A DNA stretch of 64,000 nucleotides. Source: Octopus sinensis (Eukaryota). Positions 12,772 to 26,327 of the stretch are shown in pieces. Location of the stretch: the NCBI RefSeq assembly GCF_006345805.1, contig NC_043015.1, positions 45,942,001 to 46,006,000 of the forward strand, in the 5' to 3' direction. The notes beneath the pieces are model-generated. The model did not search any database. It saw nothing but the letters and a program-made list of their open reading frames with translations, and was not told where the DNA came from. Numbering within the stretch: position 1 is the first letter of the stretch; each line of letters opens with the position of its first letter. The position numbers were made by a program, and so were the translations under genes.

Positions 12772-13711
12772 TAAAAGATAAAGTGACAAGAACATGAATG
12801 CTAATAATTAAACTTGGTTCTTAGTCTACACAGTCATTTGGAAGGGCATCAAGCTGTAGAAGCCATGCTGAATCAGATTGGAACCCGGCGCAGCTCTTCA
12901 GCTTACCAATTTGTCTGTCTAACCCATGCCAGCATGGAAAGCAGATACTAAATGATGAGATATATATATATTTCTGTATCTGTATTATATATCACATAGA
13001 AAAAAAGTATAGTGATATGTACGAGTAGAATTTTTTTCGCTCTTATGTAATCCAGGTTTAAACAAAATTTTAAAATGTAGTTGACATTATCAATAACCTG
13101 ACAATATTGAACATCACTCAATTTAGGAATGTTTAATATACACACACACGCGTGTGTGTGCGCACACACACACACACGCACAGGGAGAGAGAAACCAACA
13201 AAATGTAATGTGTGCATTAAAGAGAAAGGATATATATTAAATTGCATTTCTACTTGGCTGAGTACCCGGAATTTCTCGAAACAGAATTACTATGTGGCTT
13301 ATTTTAACGACATAGTCTGGATTTTTTCCTTTTATTTAAAAAAAAAATTTTATTTTGAATTTGTATTTTTGCTATATAATCGTATAGTTCTCCAGTTTCC
13401 TTTCAAATATTGGTAACTTTAAGTGTTTTCGGTTATAGCCCGCCCATCCTCCCTCCACTTGCTGCCAACCAAAACCTGTGTGGATTTGGTAATGGAAACT
13501 AAAAGTAAAACTAGCCTTGTCACGTGTGCGCACATGCATCTTTGAGATCACATGGTGGTGGTAAAACGAGCATGTTCTTAGTTTCCAGTCTTCCTTCAAA
13601 ATATAATTTGGCCACGGGAAATATTACCTTGCTTAGATTATTACAGGTGAGGGTTGGTGACAGGTAGAGCATCCTTCTGTCTGATCCGTGCAAACATGGA
13701 AAAGAGGACAG

Positions 13712-13920
13712 GCGAGCTGGCAGAAACGTTAGCACGCCGGGCGAAATGCGTAGCCGTATTTCGTCTGCCGTTACGTTCTGAGTTCAAATTCCGCCGAGGT
13801 CGACTTTGCCTTTCATCCTTTCGAGGTCGATAAATTAAGTACCAGTTACGCACTGGGGTCGATATGTCCTTGTTTGTCCCCTTTGTGTTTAGCCCCTTGT
13901 GGGTAGTAAAGAAATAATTT
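13712..13920 (+). mobile_element. SINE family B
   Basis: ggcgagctggcagaaacgttagc...gagttcaaattcc...gtcgactttgcctttcatcctttc; reverse partial copy at ~14155-14295. Confidence 0.8.
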
Positions 13921-14857
13921 ACTGTGAGCTGTTTCTATAAGTTTTCTTTTGGGCTTTAAATCTGACGATATTGTGCTGGCCACTGTAATAATACTCATTT
14001 TATTTGCTTTCCATGAATTCCTTGATTATTCCTGTTGAGTTGCATCGTCACCATTGCCATTATATTTCACTTGTTCCAGTATTTCTGCCTGTTCCCATCT
14101 GTGTGTTATGCTTGCGTCAAAGGAGGTTCTAACTTGAATATAGAAATATATATTTCTTTTACTACCCACAGAGGGGACAAACAAGGCCGGACAAACGGAT
14201 TAAGTCGATTATATCGACCCCAGTGCGTAACTGGTACTTTTTTAATCGACCCCGAAAGGATGAAAGGCAAAGTCGACCTCGGCGGAATTTAAACTTAGGA
14301 CATAACGCGAAATATGATAATGGGGAGAAAGGGAGCCGGTGAAATGTGAATAGTTGAAACAGTGAGAAAATAGAAAGGGAAAGCACGAGAGAAGTGGGTG
14401 GTCTATCTTCTTAGAAATAGTGAATGGAGGAAGGTTTTTATCATGCCTGGCCAAATTGAGTTACATTGCTGGCCACTTTAATCCTGTCTTTTGAGGGCCA
14501 CTTGTATACTGACAGAATTTAAACCATTTTGCTTTCTCATGCTATAATTACAATAATGAATGAATGACTAAATAATTGTTGATTCAACATGGAATATTAT
14601 CGTTGCAAAAACACTATCTTTCTTTTTCACTTTTCATTACAATCTTTAATTTTTGATAAGATTTTAAAAATATTCGTTTGAATAAACCCATTTCAAGAAA
14701 GTATCAAGCAGGCCGCAAGATAAAATTCTACAGGCCTCAGGTTGGCCTCCCCTGCCCTGGTCTATATTTCTGCATTTGTGCATTAAAATTGCAGGTGCAA
14801 CCAAAATGTTTAACATAATGAAACAAAACCATGAAGATGTATAACTTTATACTTTAA

Positions 14858-15078
14858 CCCTTTCGTTACCAACCTGGCTGAAACCGGCTCTGGCTCCACC
14901 GTACAAATGTCTTGCTTTCATAAGCTTTGAATTAAAATCTTCCACCAAACCTTAGTCACAATTTATGTTCCTAACACTAGCTGAATGATAACTAAGTTAT
15001 TTTACTAAATTCTTTGTTACATCTAAAATAATTGAAAGAAACACAGAACATCTCAAAGTAAATACAGTAACGAAAGGG
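14858..15078. mobile_element. piggyBac-type MITE family 1 (221 bp)
   Basis: TTAA|CCCTTTCGTTAC...GTAACGAAAGGG|TTAA. Confidence 0.88.
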
Positions 15079-15224
15079 TTAAAAAAGATATGTCAACACT
15101 TGAATTAAGTGGAATAAACTTTGTTAGCGAGTAGCTGTGGAACTCACACTTTTATTTTTTGTTCCAAACCAAAATCTGTGCCATGGTGAAGCACTGTTGC
15201 TATCCATTTTTATAAATTGGGTTT

Positions 15225-15926
15225 AACATTACTGTATTTCTGTTGAGATGCTCTGTGTTTCTTTCAATTACTTTAAATATATCAAAGAATTTAGTAAAAT
15301 AACTTGGTTATCGTTAAGCTAGTGTTGTGATTAAGGTTTGGTGGAAGATTTTAATTCAAAACTTGTCAAAACAAGGCATTTGTACTACAGAGCCAGAAGT
15401 GGTTTCAGGTGGGTTGATATCAAAAGGGTTAATGTGACACCATCACCAGTGCCTTCTACATGGCACCAGCATGAGTGCTTTTAACCCTTTTGTCCCCATA
15501 TTTCTGTTGAGATGCTCTGTGTTTCTTTCAATTACTTTAAATATAACAAAGAATTTAGTAAAATAACTTGGTTATCGTTAGGCTAGTGTTGTGAACATAA
15601 ATTGTGACTAAGGTTTGGAAGATTTTAATGCAAAACTTATGAAAACAAGACATTTGTACTCAGAGCCAGGGCCAGTTTCAGCCGGGTTGGTATTGAAAGG
15701 GTTAACCCTTTAGCATTTAAACTGGCCATATCCGGCCAAAATATTCTCCCTTGTTTTATGTTCAAATTGGCCAGATCTGGCCTTTCACACCAGCCCTACT
15801 ATATAATTCTAAAAATGAATAGTTACTTCATCAAAATCTCAATGCTACAAGATAATGCAGGATTGATTTAAAACAAAGTGAATAAAAAGGCATTACTTTT
15901 GACAGAATAACATGAATACTAAAGGG
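15225..15926. mobile_element. cluster of piggyBac-type MITEs (family 1 twice, family 2 once); the last two share one TTAA at 15702-05
   Basis: Junction gaaaggg|TTAA|ccctttagc. Confidence 0.8.
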
Positions 15927-15957
15927 TAAAATGCTTATCAGTGTCATGAAAGTAACC

Positions 15958-16402
15958 ATAGGCGCAGGAGTGGCTGTGTGGTAAGTAGCTTGCTTACCAA
16001 CCACATGGTTCCGGGTTCAGTCCCACTGCGTGGCACCTTGGGCAAGTGTCTTCTACTGTAGCCTCGGGCCGACCAAAGCCTTGTGAGTGGATTTGGTAGA
16101 CGGAAACTGAAAGAAGCCCGTCGTATATATGTATATATATGTGTGTGTATATGCTTGTGCGTCTGTTTGCGCCCCCCCCCCCCCAACATCGCTTGACAAC
16201 CGATGCTGGTGTGTTTACGGCCCCGTAACTTAGTGGTTCGGCAAACCACTTTAATCGAGCAACTCGACCCCGGGACTTATTCTTTTGTAAGCCCAGTACT
16301 TATTCTATCGGTCTCTTGTGCCGAACCGCTAAGTAACAGGGACATAAACACACCAGCATCGGTTGTCAAGCAATGCTAGGGGAACACACACACACACACA
16401 CA

Positions 16403-16433
<31 letters not shown>

Positions 16434-16480
16434 CAAACATACACGCACATATATATATATACACACACACACACACAAAA
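15958..16480. mobile_element. two truncated SINE A copies joined in opposite orientations
   Basis: + copy 15958-16245 is joined to a - copy 16247-16480; the shared segments form an inverted repeat. Confidence 0.8.
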
Positions 16481-17070
16481 TGGGCTTCTTTCATTTTTTA
16501 TTTTTAAAATTCCCTCGCTCAATGCACGGGCAATTATATGTGACATTTTCTAGGGCCAGGAAATTATTTGATATGGCAGTAAAAGTAGTTGAGACCAAAG
16601 ACAAGACAAATAAGAATGTAAAACTCTTAGGAAAAACCTTCTGTATAATAATAGTGTTGAGAGTAAATCTAGAATTTTGATAATCTCATATGGATGTCAT
16701 TCATATTACATTTAGTTCATACAGTTTGTAAAGTATTTTTCGTGATCACATACCATGCCCATTTCATACACATTTTAATTGGTTTGTTTTGTATTTCTGT
16801 TTCTATATGTGTGTCACAGTTTGTATAGTTACATTTGTAATGCAAAATGTTTGTATCTAATTCAGTAAGCTCATTTTTTATGTACATATAATCATATACA
16901 AAAAACATATTTATATTTACTTTGTAAATATTTAAACAGTTAATCAATAATGCTTTCTTTTTAATTCATCTTTTATTTCCTTAAACTATAAAGGACATCA
17001 TATCTGTCAAACGTATTACAGGGGGACAAATAAGCAATACATTCGAAATTCATTTCAGTTTTATTTTTAA

Positions 17071-17289
17071 ACCTTTAGTATTTAAACCGGCCATATCCAG
17101 CCAAAATAGTTAATCTGTTTTATGTTCAAACTGACCAGATCCAGGCTCTCACACCTACCCTACAATGTTATTCTACATTAAGTAATTACACCATCAAGAT
17201 CTTGAAGATATGAGATAATGCATGATTAATTCAAATCAATGGGAATCAATAGGCATTATGTTTGATAGAATAATCTGAACGCTAAAGGG
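17071..17289. mobile_element. piggyBac-type MITE family 2
   Basis: (c)CCTTTAG.ATTTAAACCGGCCATATCC...CTAAAGGG|TTAG; TTAA at the left end. Confidence 0.75.
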
Positions 17290-17291
17290 TT

Positions 17292-17592
17292 AGTCATGGC
17301 ATGGAGCTCTCCGTCGGTTGCGACGACGAGGGTCCCAGCTGATACAATCAACGGAACAGCTTGCTCGTGAAATAAACGTAAGTAGTTGAGCACTCCAGAC
17401 AAGTGTACCCTTAACATAGTTCTCGGGGAGATTCAGCATGACACAGCGTTTGACAAGGCTGGCCCTTTGAAATACAGGCACTACACAACATTTTTGCCAG
17501 CTGAGTGGACTGGAGCAATGTGGAATAAAGTGTCTTGCTCAAGGACACAACACGCTGCCAGGAATTGAACTCATGACCTTACGATCGCAAGC
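17292..17592 (-). mobile_element. SINE family D (cttgagcaagacact...ctccagtccactcagctgg)
   Basis: Reverse-oriented relative of the + copy at 22387-22640, which has a tRNA-like head. Confidence 0.6.
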
Positions 17593-17969
17593 CATTAATT
17601 AAATGGCAGGATATCAAAGTTTTTCAAACTGCCTGTATTTAATATACCAACAAGGTTTTCAAAAGTGCTGACTTATACTGTGGAATTTCCACAAGTTCTG
17701 CTCATGTTGATAAATTCACATTTGGCCCAAATTGTTTTTTGATACATGGAAGCAGGACTCTCCACAGGATCTCTTAATGTTGGAGATGCACTTGATCATC
17801 AGAGACAAATTCAGTTTCAGCTCTTTCAACCACAAATTTTTCTAGCCATTGATGCCTCAATTTTTTCAGGGACCTGTGCATTTTTAAGTGCATTGCATCC
17901 CACAGACCCAAACTGCTCTTCAGTTTTTTATGTTTGCAACATTAACCTGCCTGTGGTATTTCTGTTAAA

Positions 17970-18190
17970 AAAGGCGGCGAGCTGGCTGAACCGTTAGCAC
18001 GCCGGGCGAAATGCTTAGCAGTATTTCGTCTGCCGCTATGTTCTGAGTTCAAATTCCGCCACGGTCGACTTTGCCTTTCATCCTTTCGGGGTCGATTAAA
18101 TAAGTACCAGTTACGCACTGGGGGTCGATATAATCGACTTAATCCGTTTGTTTGTCCTGTGTTTAGCCCCTTCTGGGTAGTAAAGAAATA
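17970..18190 (+). mobile_element. SINE family B with 15-bp TSD
   Basis: GGTATTTCTGTTAAA at 17955-69 and 18191-205. Confidence 0.85.
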
Positions 18191-18680
18191 GGTATTTCTG
18201 TTAAATGTCATTCACATTGTTGGCAGGTCACTTTCTTGATCTTTATTGATGAACTATAGTTTCAGGGTTGCAATGGTTTGGGAACAGTCAGAATAGGGAC
18301 TAGTTTCATTGAAGGTGTCCATAGCATGGCGAGCAATTGTTTGCTGAGCATAATTTCAGCCTATACAGTTGGACAATTCTCAATTGTCTCTAAGCTTTCA
18401 CATTTTCCAGTCACAACAGATCTTAGTGGGATTATCAGATAAAGGATTTGTCTTAGAATCCCATACCAAATATTAAAAACTTTTCTAAAGCATTTTTAGA
18501 TTAAGTGAATTCATAGCTTTATTAATTCTCTCAGTAATTGCATTATGCTTGTTACAATTTTCAGTTTAAAAAATTTACATCATTTAGGAGTCTAAAAATT
18601 AAAAAAAAAATTTTTTCAGTTTGAATCAAGATTAAACAAATGATAATGATCATTCATTGCATTACTCACCTTTAAATTAG

Positions 18681-19514
18681 CACTACTACCACTACTACCA
18701 CCACCACTACTACCACCACCACTACTACCACCACCACTACTACCACCACCACTACTACTACCACCACCACTACTACTACCACCACCACTACTACTACCAC
18801 AACTATTACTACTACTACTATTATTATTACTACTACTACTACTATTATTACTACTACTACTACTATTATTACTACATCTATTATTACTACTACATCTATT
18901 ATTACTACTACTACATCTATTATTACTACTACTACTACTATTATTACTACATCTATTATTACTACTACATCTATTATTACTACTACTACATCTATTATTA
19001 CTACGACTACATCTATTATTACTACTACTACATCTATTATTACTACTACTACATCTATTATTACTACTACTACATCTATTATTACTACTACTACTACATC
19101 TATTATTACTACTACTACTACATCTATTATTACTACTACTACTACTACATCTATTATTACTACTACTACTACTACATCTATTATTACTACTACTACTACT
19201 ACATTATTACTACTACTACTACATCTATTATTACTACTACATCTATTATTACTACTACTACATCTATTATTACTACTACTACATCTATTATTACTACGAC
19301 TACATCTATTATTACTACGACTACATCTATTATTACTACTACTACTACTATTATTACTACATCTATTATTACTACTACATCTATTATTACTACTACTACA
19401 TCTATTATTACTACTACTACATCTATTATTACTACTACTACATCTATTATTACTACTACTACATCTATTACTACTACTACTACATCTATTACTACTACTG
19501 CTACTACTACACAT
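18681..19514. repeat. ~830-bp trinucleotide-based minisatellite: (ACT/ACC)n grading into (ACT)n-ACA-TCT-(ATT)n units
   Basis: Read directly. Confidence 0.92.
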
Positions 19515-20128
19515 TTAGTGCACCACAATATTTTAAGAATTTGAAATGGCAGGCATACTTTCAACCAAAGTTTCTCAACTGGGGTGTACAATGGAACCTT
19601 ACGGTTCTGTAAGAAATCACTGCCTTGTGTGTGCATTTAGCTTAAGGATTGCAAACCCAACCTTGCTTCCCAGTATGAAATGCAAGGTTGTGTGTGTTTA
19701 TACACGTGCCGTGAAAACAATTTACGATTTTAGATTATGAAAAGTACATGCATACACACGCATGCATTTTGGAGTCATTTTTGTGCTTAAGTCTATATTC
19801 ATAATTCTCTCTCTCTCCTCTAAAATCGAGAAATTTTGGCATCTGTAAGTAGACGTCCTTCAGAAAAATGACTTCAACCAGGGATTTGTTGAGAAATTTC
19901 TCATCAGGGTCTTGCTTAAAATGAAATCTTAAAAAATCTTTTAATGTCTAATGGATTCAAAGACGTTTCATTTGTTCATTTTCTTATGAAATTTAACTTT
20001 GTGAAAAGAAAGAAGAAAAAAAAAGACAAGTAATTTCTCTGTAGCAATTCCATGAAACGTGGAATAGAAATTGAGGGTTTCATAAAGTAAACGAGTTATG
20101 AAATGCTACCTTGAACCAATCAATTTAA

Positions 20129-20978
20129 CCCTTTAGTGTTTAAACTGGCCATATCTAGCCTTTCACACCTAACCTACAATGCCATTCTAAAAATAATCAT
20201 ATTCATTGAAACCTCAAAGCTATAAGATAATGCTTGATGAATTCAAAAAAATTTGAATAAAAAATATATTACATTTAACAGTGTAATCTGAATACTAAAG
20301 GGTTAACTGATTCCTAAATTTTCACTTTAACTCTTTTGCATTCAGATTACTCTGTCGAATGCAATGCTTATTTATTTACATTATTTTTAATTAATCCTAT
20401 ATCTTATAGCTTTGAGAATTAAATGTTTATTTTTAGAATAACATTGTAGGGGGGAAATGCTAGGGGCCAGATCTGGTCAGTTTTGAAAACAAAACGGGGC
20501 AGATTAGGGCCGGATATGGCTGGTTTAACCCTTTAGCATTTAAACTGGCCATATCCGGCCAAAAGTATTCTGCCTGTTTTATGGTCAAACTGGCCAGATC
20601 TGGTCTCTCACACCAACCCTACAATATCGTTTTAAAAATTAACAGCTAATCTCATAGCTCCAAGATAATGCCTGATTAGCTCAAAACAATGTGGATGAAA
20701 AAGCATTAATTTTGGCAGAATAATGCAAGCACTAAGGATTAAATACTAATGGATTAACCCTTTCGTTACCAACCCGGCTAAAACCGGCTCTGGCTCTTTA
20801 GTACAAATGTCTGGTTTTCAAAAGTTCTGAATTAAAACCTTCCACCAAACCTTAGTCACGATTTATGTCCCTAACTCTAGCTTAATGATAACGATGTTAT
20901 TTTACTTAATTCTTTGTTATATTTAACATAATTGGAAGAAACACTGAGCATCTCAAAATAAATTCAGTAACGAAAGGG
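20129..20978. mobile_element. piggyBac MITE cluster: family 2 (20129-20302), nested family 2 pair (~20329-20753), family 1 (20758-20978)
   Basis: TTAA-bounded CCCTTT/AAAGGG termini at most ends; some termini degenerate. Confidence 0.78.
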
Positions 20979-22227
20979 TTAAACAACAAAGCTTTTCATT
21001 ATAAATCGACAGAACATGGTAGCTTTAAGTTCTAGGTTAGTACTCCTTTTCAGTGAATGGTGTTTTACAAATGTCACCTCCATGTGATTAACCATAAAAA
21101 ATTTTCAACCCTTTTGTTGAAGGCACATGGAAATGATTAAAGTGCTGCACTCACAATTGCCAGATTGTAGGTTTGAGTCCCAGATCAGGGCATGTATAGT
21201 GTTCTTACAACTTATTTCACATTGCTCAAGTGTTGTGAGGGTCCAGCATACCAAAGAATAGACCTAGTGTTTCCTCTCTTGCTTAAAGGGGACTAAAAGA
21301 GGTTTGAGGTAGAGGGTCAATGCAGCAACATACTGTTACAGCACATGCCCCTTCCCATACTCATACTTCCTCCTTTTGATACCAACCCCCACCTGAGACT
21401 GGCTCTGATACAGATTTCATGTTTGAAGGGATCAAAATGTCATGTTTAATTTTTTGAACATCAGCTTAATGACAAATCATTTTACTGAACTGATTTTAAA
21501 AATTAATTGGCATTCGAGCAGTATATTTCAGTAGAAATATAACAGAAGGGTTTAATGAAATGGATATTTATTCCATCCAACATGTGCTTCTCTGTGTATG
21601 TGAACTAATACTCTCTGTGTGTTAAATAATTACATAGAAATGACTAAAGACAGGAACTTAATAAAATTATATTCAACCTTAGTGCATCCTTAAACATTTT
21701 TCTGCTTGCTGATAACGTGTTCTGTTCATATTTAATCTCAACCAAGAACTTTTTTGAAAAGGTGTTTCAAATAGTATTCTTACATGGTTTAAGTATTTTA
21801 ATTTTTAGAAAACTCACAACACTCTACCCACTCAATGAATACCTAGTGCACTCCGTTGTACTCCTTTTTTTAAGGCTCACTAATTAAGGGGAGGACAAGT
21901 GCTCTAAGAGAACTGGAAATAGTCCTTTTGTTACTAACCTGGCCTTGGTACCATAAATCCTTGTGTATAATCCACATTTCACCCCCCAAAAAATTTGAAG
22001 GTCAAAATTCCTAGTGCGTATTATATATGAGGTTAAAAATGAAAAATATTTTCTATGCAAATCTCACCCACACATTTATTACCTTACAATTGTTTTTCCC
22101 AGACTTGAAATTAAACGAGGTCTTCTCCAGCAGACAACTTTTCGTAATATATACATGGGTGTATAATTACACACATGTGCATATATACATTACATGTAAT
22201 GTATATATGCGCGCGCGCGCACGCACG

Positions 22228-22266
<39 letters not shown>

Positions 22267-22386
22267 TCATTGATTAGAAAATAGGAAATTGCCACAATGT
22301 ATGCATGAAATTTAAGTCAGGAACAACTTGCACAACACAGAACTCATTATCCAAGCCAATTAACCTAAAGCCAAAGGTGATGTGTG

Positions 22387-22640
22387 TGGAGGCGCGTGGC
22401 TTAGTGGTTAGGTTGTCAGCATCATGATCGTAGGATTGTGGTTTCAATTCCTGGACCGGGCGATGCGTTGTGTTCTTGAGCAAAACACTTCATTTCACGT
22501 TGCTCCAGTCCACTCAGCTGGCAAAAATGAGTAACGCTGCGATGGACTGTCGTCCCGTCCAGCTGGGGAACACATACGCCATTGAAACTGGACCCATGAG
22601 CCTGGCTAGGCTTTAAAAGGGTGCACTTACTTTTTCAAAG
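22387..22640 (+). mobile_element. SINE family D
   Basis: ggaggcgcgtggcttagtggttagg A box and ggtttcaattcc B box. Confidence 0.65.
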
Positions 22641-24050
22641 GTGATGTAAGATGGTTATCTCAAAGATATTACCAGATTTTACATTGGAACAACCTACTAG
22701 GAAAATGGTTTACTGAAAAGTAAGAAGTGTGTGTTACTCTTAGTAGCATAATGAGTGAATGTGTGTGCATATATACATTACACGTAATGTATATATGCAC
22801 ATATGTGTATATTATACACCCATGTATATATTACGAAAAGTGGTCATTTGTTCAACAAAAACTGAATGCGGTGCTCCAACATGGCCACCGCCAAATGACT
22901 GAAACTAGTAAAAGAATATTTTCGTCAGTACCACGCCGCCACCACCACCACTTGACAACCGGTGTTGGTGTGTTTATGCTCTTCCCCCACCACCATAACT
23001 TAGCAACTGTTCAGCAAAGGTTTAAACAACAAAAAAAAAAAGATGGTACTGGAACTAAAAATGCAACTCAGCATGGCTGAAACAACACACACACACACAC
23101 ACACACACACACATTCACACAAAAATATGTTAATGACTACAACAGTCTGTGTTGGGGCTGGGGTGTGGTTGATACTATTGCTTTTTAAAATTTTTTTTTT
23201 ACTACTTTTATCTAAATTCACTTCCATCTGTCTCTGTTCAAAGGATTTAGTTTTTTTTTTTTATATTTGTAGACAAATCTCAGTTGGTATTTTACTTTAT
23301 TTTATTTGCTTTTAATCTGTGAACTTTGTCAAGTGATACAGTATTGACTTATATGTAGTATATAGTACAAGGAAAAATCTCTCATACTCTTTTCCCCCCT
23401 CTCCCCCTCTCTCTCTTTCTGCTTCTCTACTATTCAATGTTAAGTTTGTTCAGGGGGGGAGGGATTTTTATTTTTATAGTCTTCCTGTCTTTTATGGAGA
23501 CTGTTGATAGTGAGTGATAAAACTTTTGAGCCCTTTGTATGTGGTGTGGGAGTTTTTTATTATTTTTATTTCTAGGTTATAAAGAAAAAGATGAAACAGG
23601 TAGACAACCAGAAGATTCTAGAGCTATAAGAAAAAAAATAAAAAGCTCACATTGACTTTTAAGGTGAACGAGTGCTGCAAAAAATCTATGCCTTACATTA
23701 TATGCATCTTGGGGTCGTGGTGGTGGTGGTGGGGTTAATTTCCTCCAAAACCCTTGTACCATGTATAACTTGGGATCTTTTCAGTTTGACCGGCAGTTTT
23801 TTAAAAATAATTTCTACGTAACTAAAAAATGTTAAACTTCGTATACTGGTAGAATGTGTTTATAAAACATCTTTTTTTCTTGGCTTTATTGAGAAAATTC
23901 TATAAGTTTGTAAGATATTTGTTTTTTTTCTTCAATTTCTGAAATTTCAACCAATCAATGACGTCTATTGAGGTCAAAACATTCTGTGCCGTATGAATAT
24001 GTCCCTTGTTTACCCACTGTATGACACATTTAGCAAGTGTTTTCTTTTAA

Positions 24051-24270
24051 CCCTTTCGTTACTGTATTTATTTTGAGATGCTCTGTGTTTTTTTCAATTA
24101 CTTTAAATATAACAAAAAGTTTAGTAAAATAACTTGGTTATCATTCAGCTAGTATTAGGAACATAAATTGTGACTAAGGTTTGTTGTAAGATTTTAATTC
24201 AAAGCTTATAAAAACAAGACATTTGTACTCAGAGCCAGAGCCGGTTTCAGCCTGGTTGGTAACAAGAGGG
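24051..24270. mobile_element. piggyBac-type MITE family 1
   Basis: TTAA at 24047-50 and 24271-74, TIRs present. Confidence 0.85.
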
Positions 24271-24546
24271 TTAAAGCTCTGAGCTGACCAAAATTTTGAG
24301 TGATCTCAGTAGGTAGAAACTGCATGAAGCCCATTTGTGTGTATGGTCTTGACTTGTGCTTCTTGTAAATGGATGTCCTTCATTTCTGATATGCAAAAAC
24401 TTGTTTGGCCATGAGGAAATATTACCTTACTTAAACACGGGTAATAGTTGGCAACAGGAAGGACTTTTGGCCATAGAAAATATGCCGTAATAAACTGCAT
24501 CCTACCCATACGAACATGGAAAAGCGGACCATCAAAACAATGCTAG

Positions 24547-24800
24547 TCATCATCATCTTCGTTTAGCATCCGCTTTCCATGCTAGCATGGGTTGGACGGT
24601 TCAACTGGGGTCTGGGAAGCCAGGTGGCTGCACCAGGCTCTAGTCTGATTTGGCAGTGTTTCTACGGCTGGATGCCCTTCCTAACGCCAACCACTCTGTA
24701 AGTGTAGTGGGTGCTTTTTTAATGTGCCACCAGCACATGTGCCGGGGGAGGCTGGCAAACGGCCACGATCGGATGGTGCTTATTACGTGCCACCAGCAAA
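24547..24800 (-). mobile_element. repeat family C
   Basis: catcatcatc..tccgctttccatgctagcatggg...ggatgcccttcctaacgccaaccac. Confidence 0.7.
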
Positions 24801-25023
24801 CATGTATGCAGCTTGGCTTCTGACCACAAAATCCCAATCAGGTTACTAACTGGTCATCTCAAAGCCATAGTGGCATGCACTTAACCCAACCCAATGTGCC
24901 ATGCAGAAGTATCAAACCCAGAACTATGTGACTGTGAAGTCAGTTTTGTAAACCCCCCAACCATCATGTGATTATCAACATTCCAGTAGAAAAAAAATAC
25001 TTCTACTCCACCTGCACAGTTAA

Positions 25024-25245
25024 CCCTTTTGATACCAACCCGGCTGAAACCGCCTCTGGCTCTGTAGTACAAATGTCTTGTTTTCAAAAGTTCAGAATTA
25101 AAATCTTCCACCAAACCTTAGTCACAATTTATGTTCCTAACACTAGCTGAATGATAACGGAGTTATTTTACTAAATTCTTCGTTTTATTTTAAATTAATC
25201 GAAAGAAACACAGAGAATCTCAGCAGAAATATGGTAACAAAAGGA
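25024..25245. mobile_element. piggyBac-type MITE family 1
   Basis: TTAA flanks with slightly degenerate TIRs. Confidence 0.8.
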
Positions 25246-25456
25246 TTAAATGAATTTGTTGGTTAGACATTGTGGGGGATGAAGTTCTCACCAAGACTTT
25301 TTGCCTATGCAAAGCATTTACACAAGTTTCTTAAATATTCATGTTTGTTTTCAGACTTTTGTTAGTCCTTGTTCCATTATGCTCTGAGCACTATAAGGGC
25401 TTTCTTTTCATAAGTTCCAAGTTTCTTCGGTAGTTGGGGGGAAAAAAGGGAATATT

Positions 25457-25841
25457 GGCGCAGGAGTGGCTGTGTGATAAGTAGCGTGTTAACCAACATC
25501 ATGGTTCCGAGTTCAGTCCCACTGCGTGACATCTTGGGCAAGTGTCTTCTGCTATAGCCTCAGGCCGACCAAAGCCTTGTGAGTGGATTTGGTAGACGGA
25601 AACTGAAAGAAGCCTGTCGTATATATGTATGTATGTGTGTGTGTCTGTTTGTCCCTCTAGCATTGCTTGACAACAGATGCTGGCGTGTTTACGTCCCCGT
25701 CACCTAGCGGTTCGGCAAAAGAGACCGATAGAGTAAGTACTAGGCTTACAAAGAATAAGTCCCGGGGTCGATTTGCTCGACTAAAGGTGGTGCTCCAGCA
25801 TGGCCGCAGTCAAATGTCTGAAACAAGTAAAAGAGTAAAAG
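25457..25841 (+). mobile_element. SINE family A, full length
   Basis: Family consensus match. Confidence 0.85.
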
Positions 25842-26327
25842 ATGCATCTTATATGAAACCTGGATACCAGGGAAATATGTCCCGTGTATCAAACACGGGA
25901 CAGGCAAAGGGTTTATAAAATGTCTGTAGATGCTTCAATCCACATCGATGTTGTTTATATCAAATGTGGCATGTTTTAACGAGCAAAGTAGCTAGTTAAG
26001 AAATCTATACTGAGAAGTAATGCTTATTGCTACATCAATATGGCTGTCCTGTAGGAATCAGTGTTACTACCATTTTTAACCCCCATCCAATGGAACCGCC
26101 ATATTGATGTGGTGATAAACATTTACTTAATATAGTTACTACTTCCATCTCTTACGGAGATTTTTCTAATTAGCTGCTTCACTTGTTGCATGATCAGTGA
26201 CTAACTGTTGCTTGGTTTTTCTATATATTGCAAGCTGGAGCGAATTGCTGCTACCTCTAGCAGACGGGTTAGGGTTTAGGGTTTGTATTTGTCTTATGTT
26301 TGATCAGATGATCATAATAAAGATTTT

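Noticed and set aside
18672-19636. 280-aa and 145-aa ORFs (poly-V/I/D, poly-S/N/R)
   Set aside because: Translations of the trinucleotide minisatellite; no domain and no splice context.
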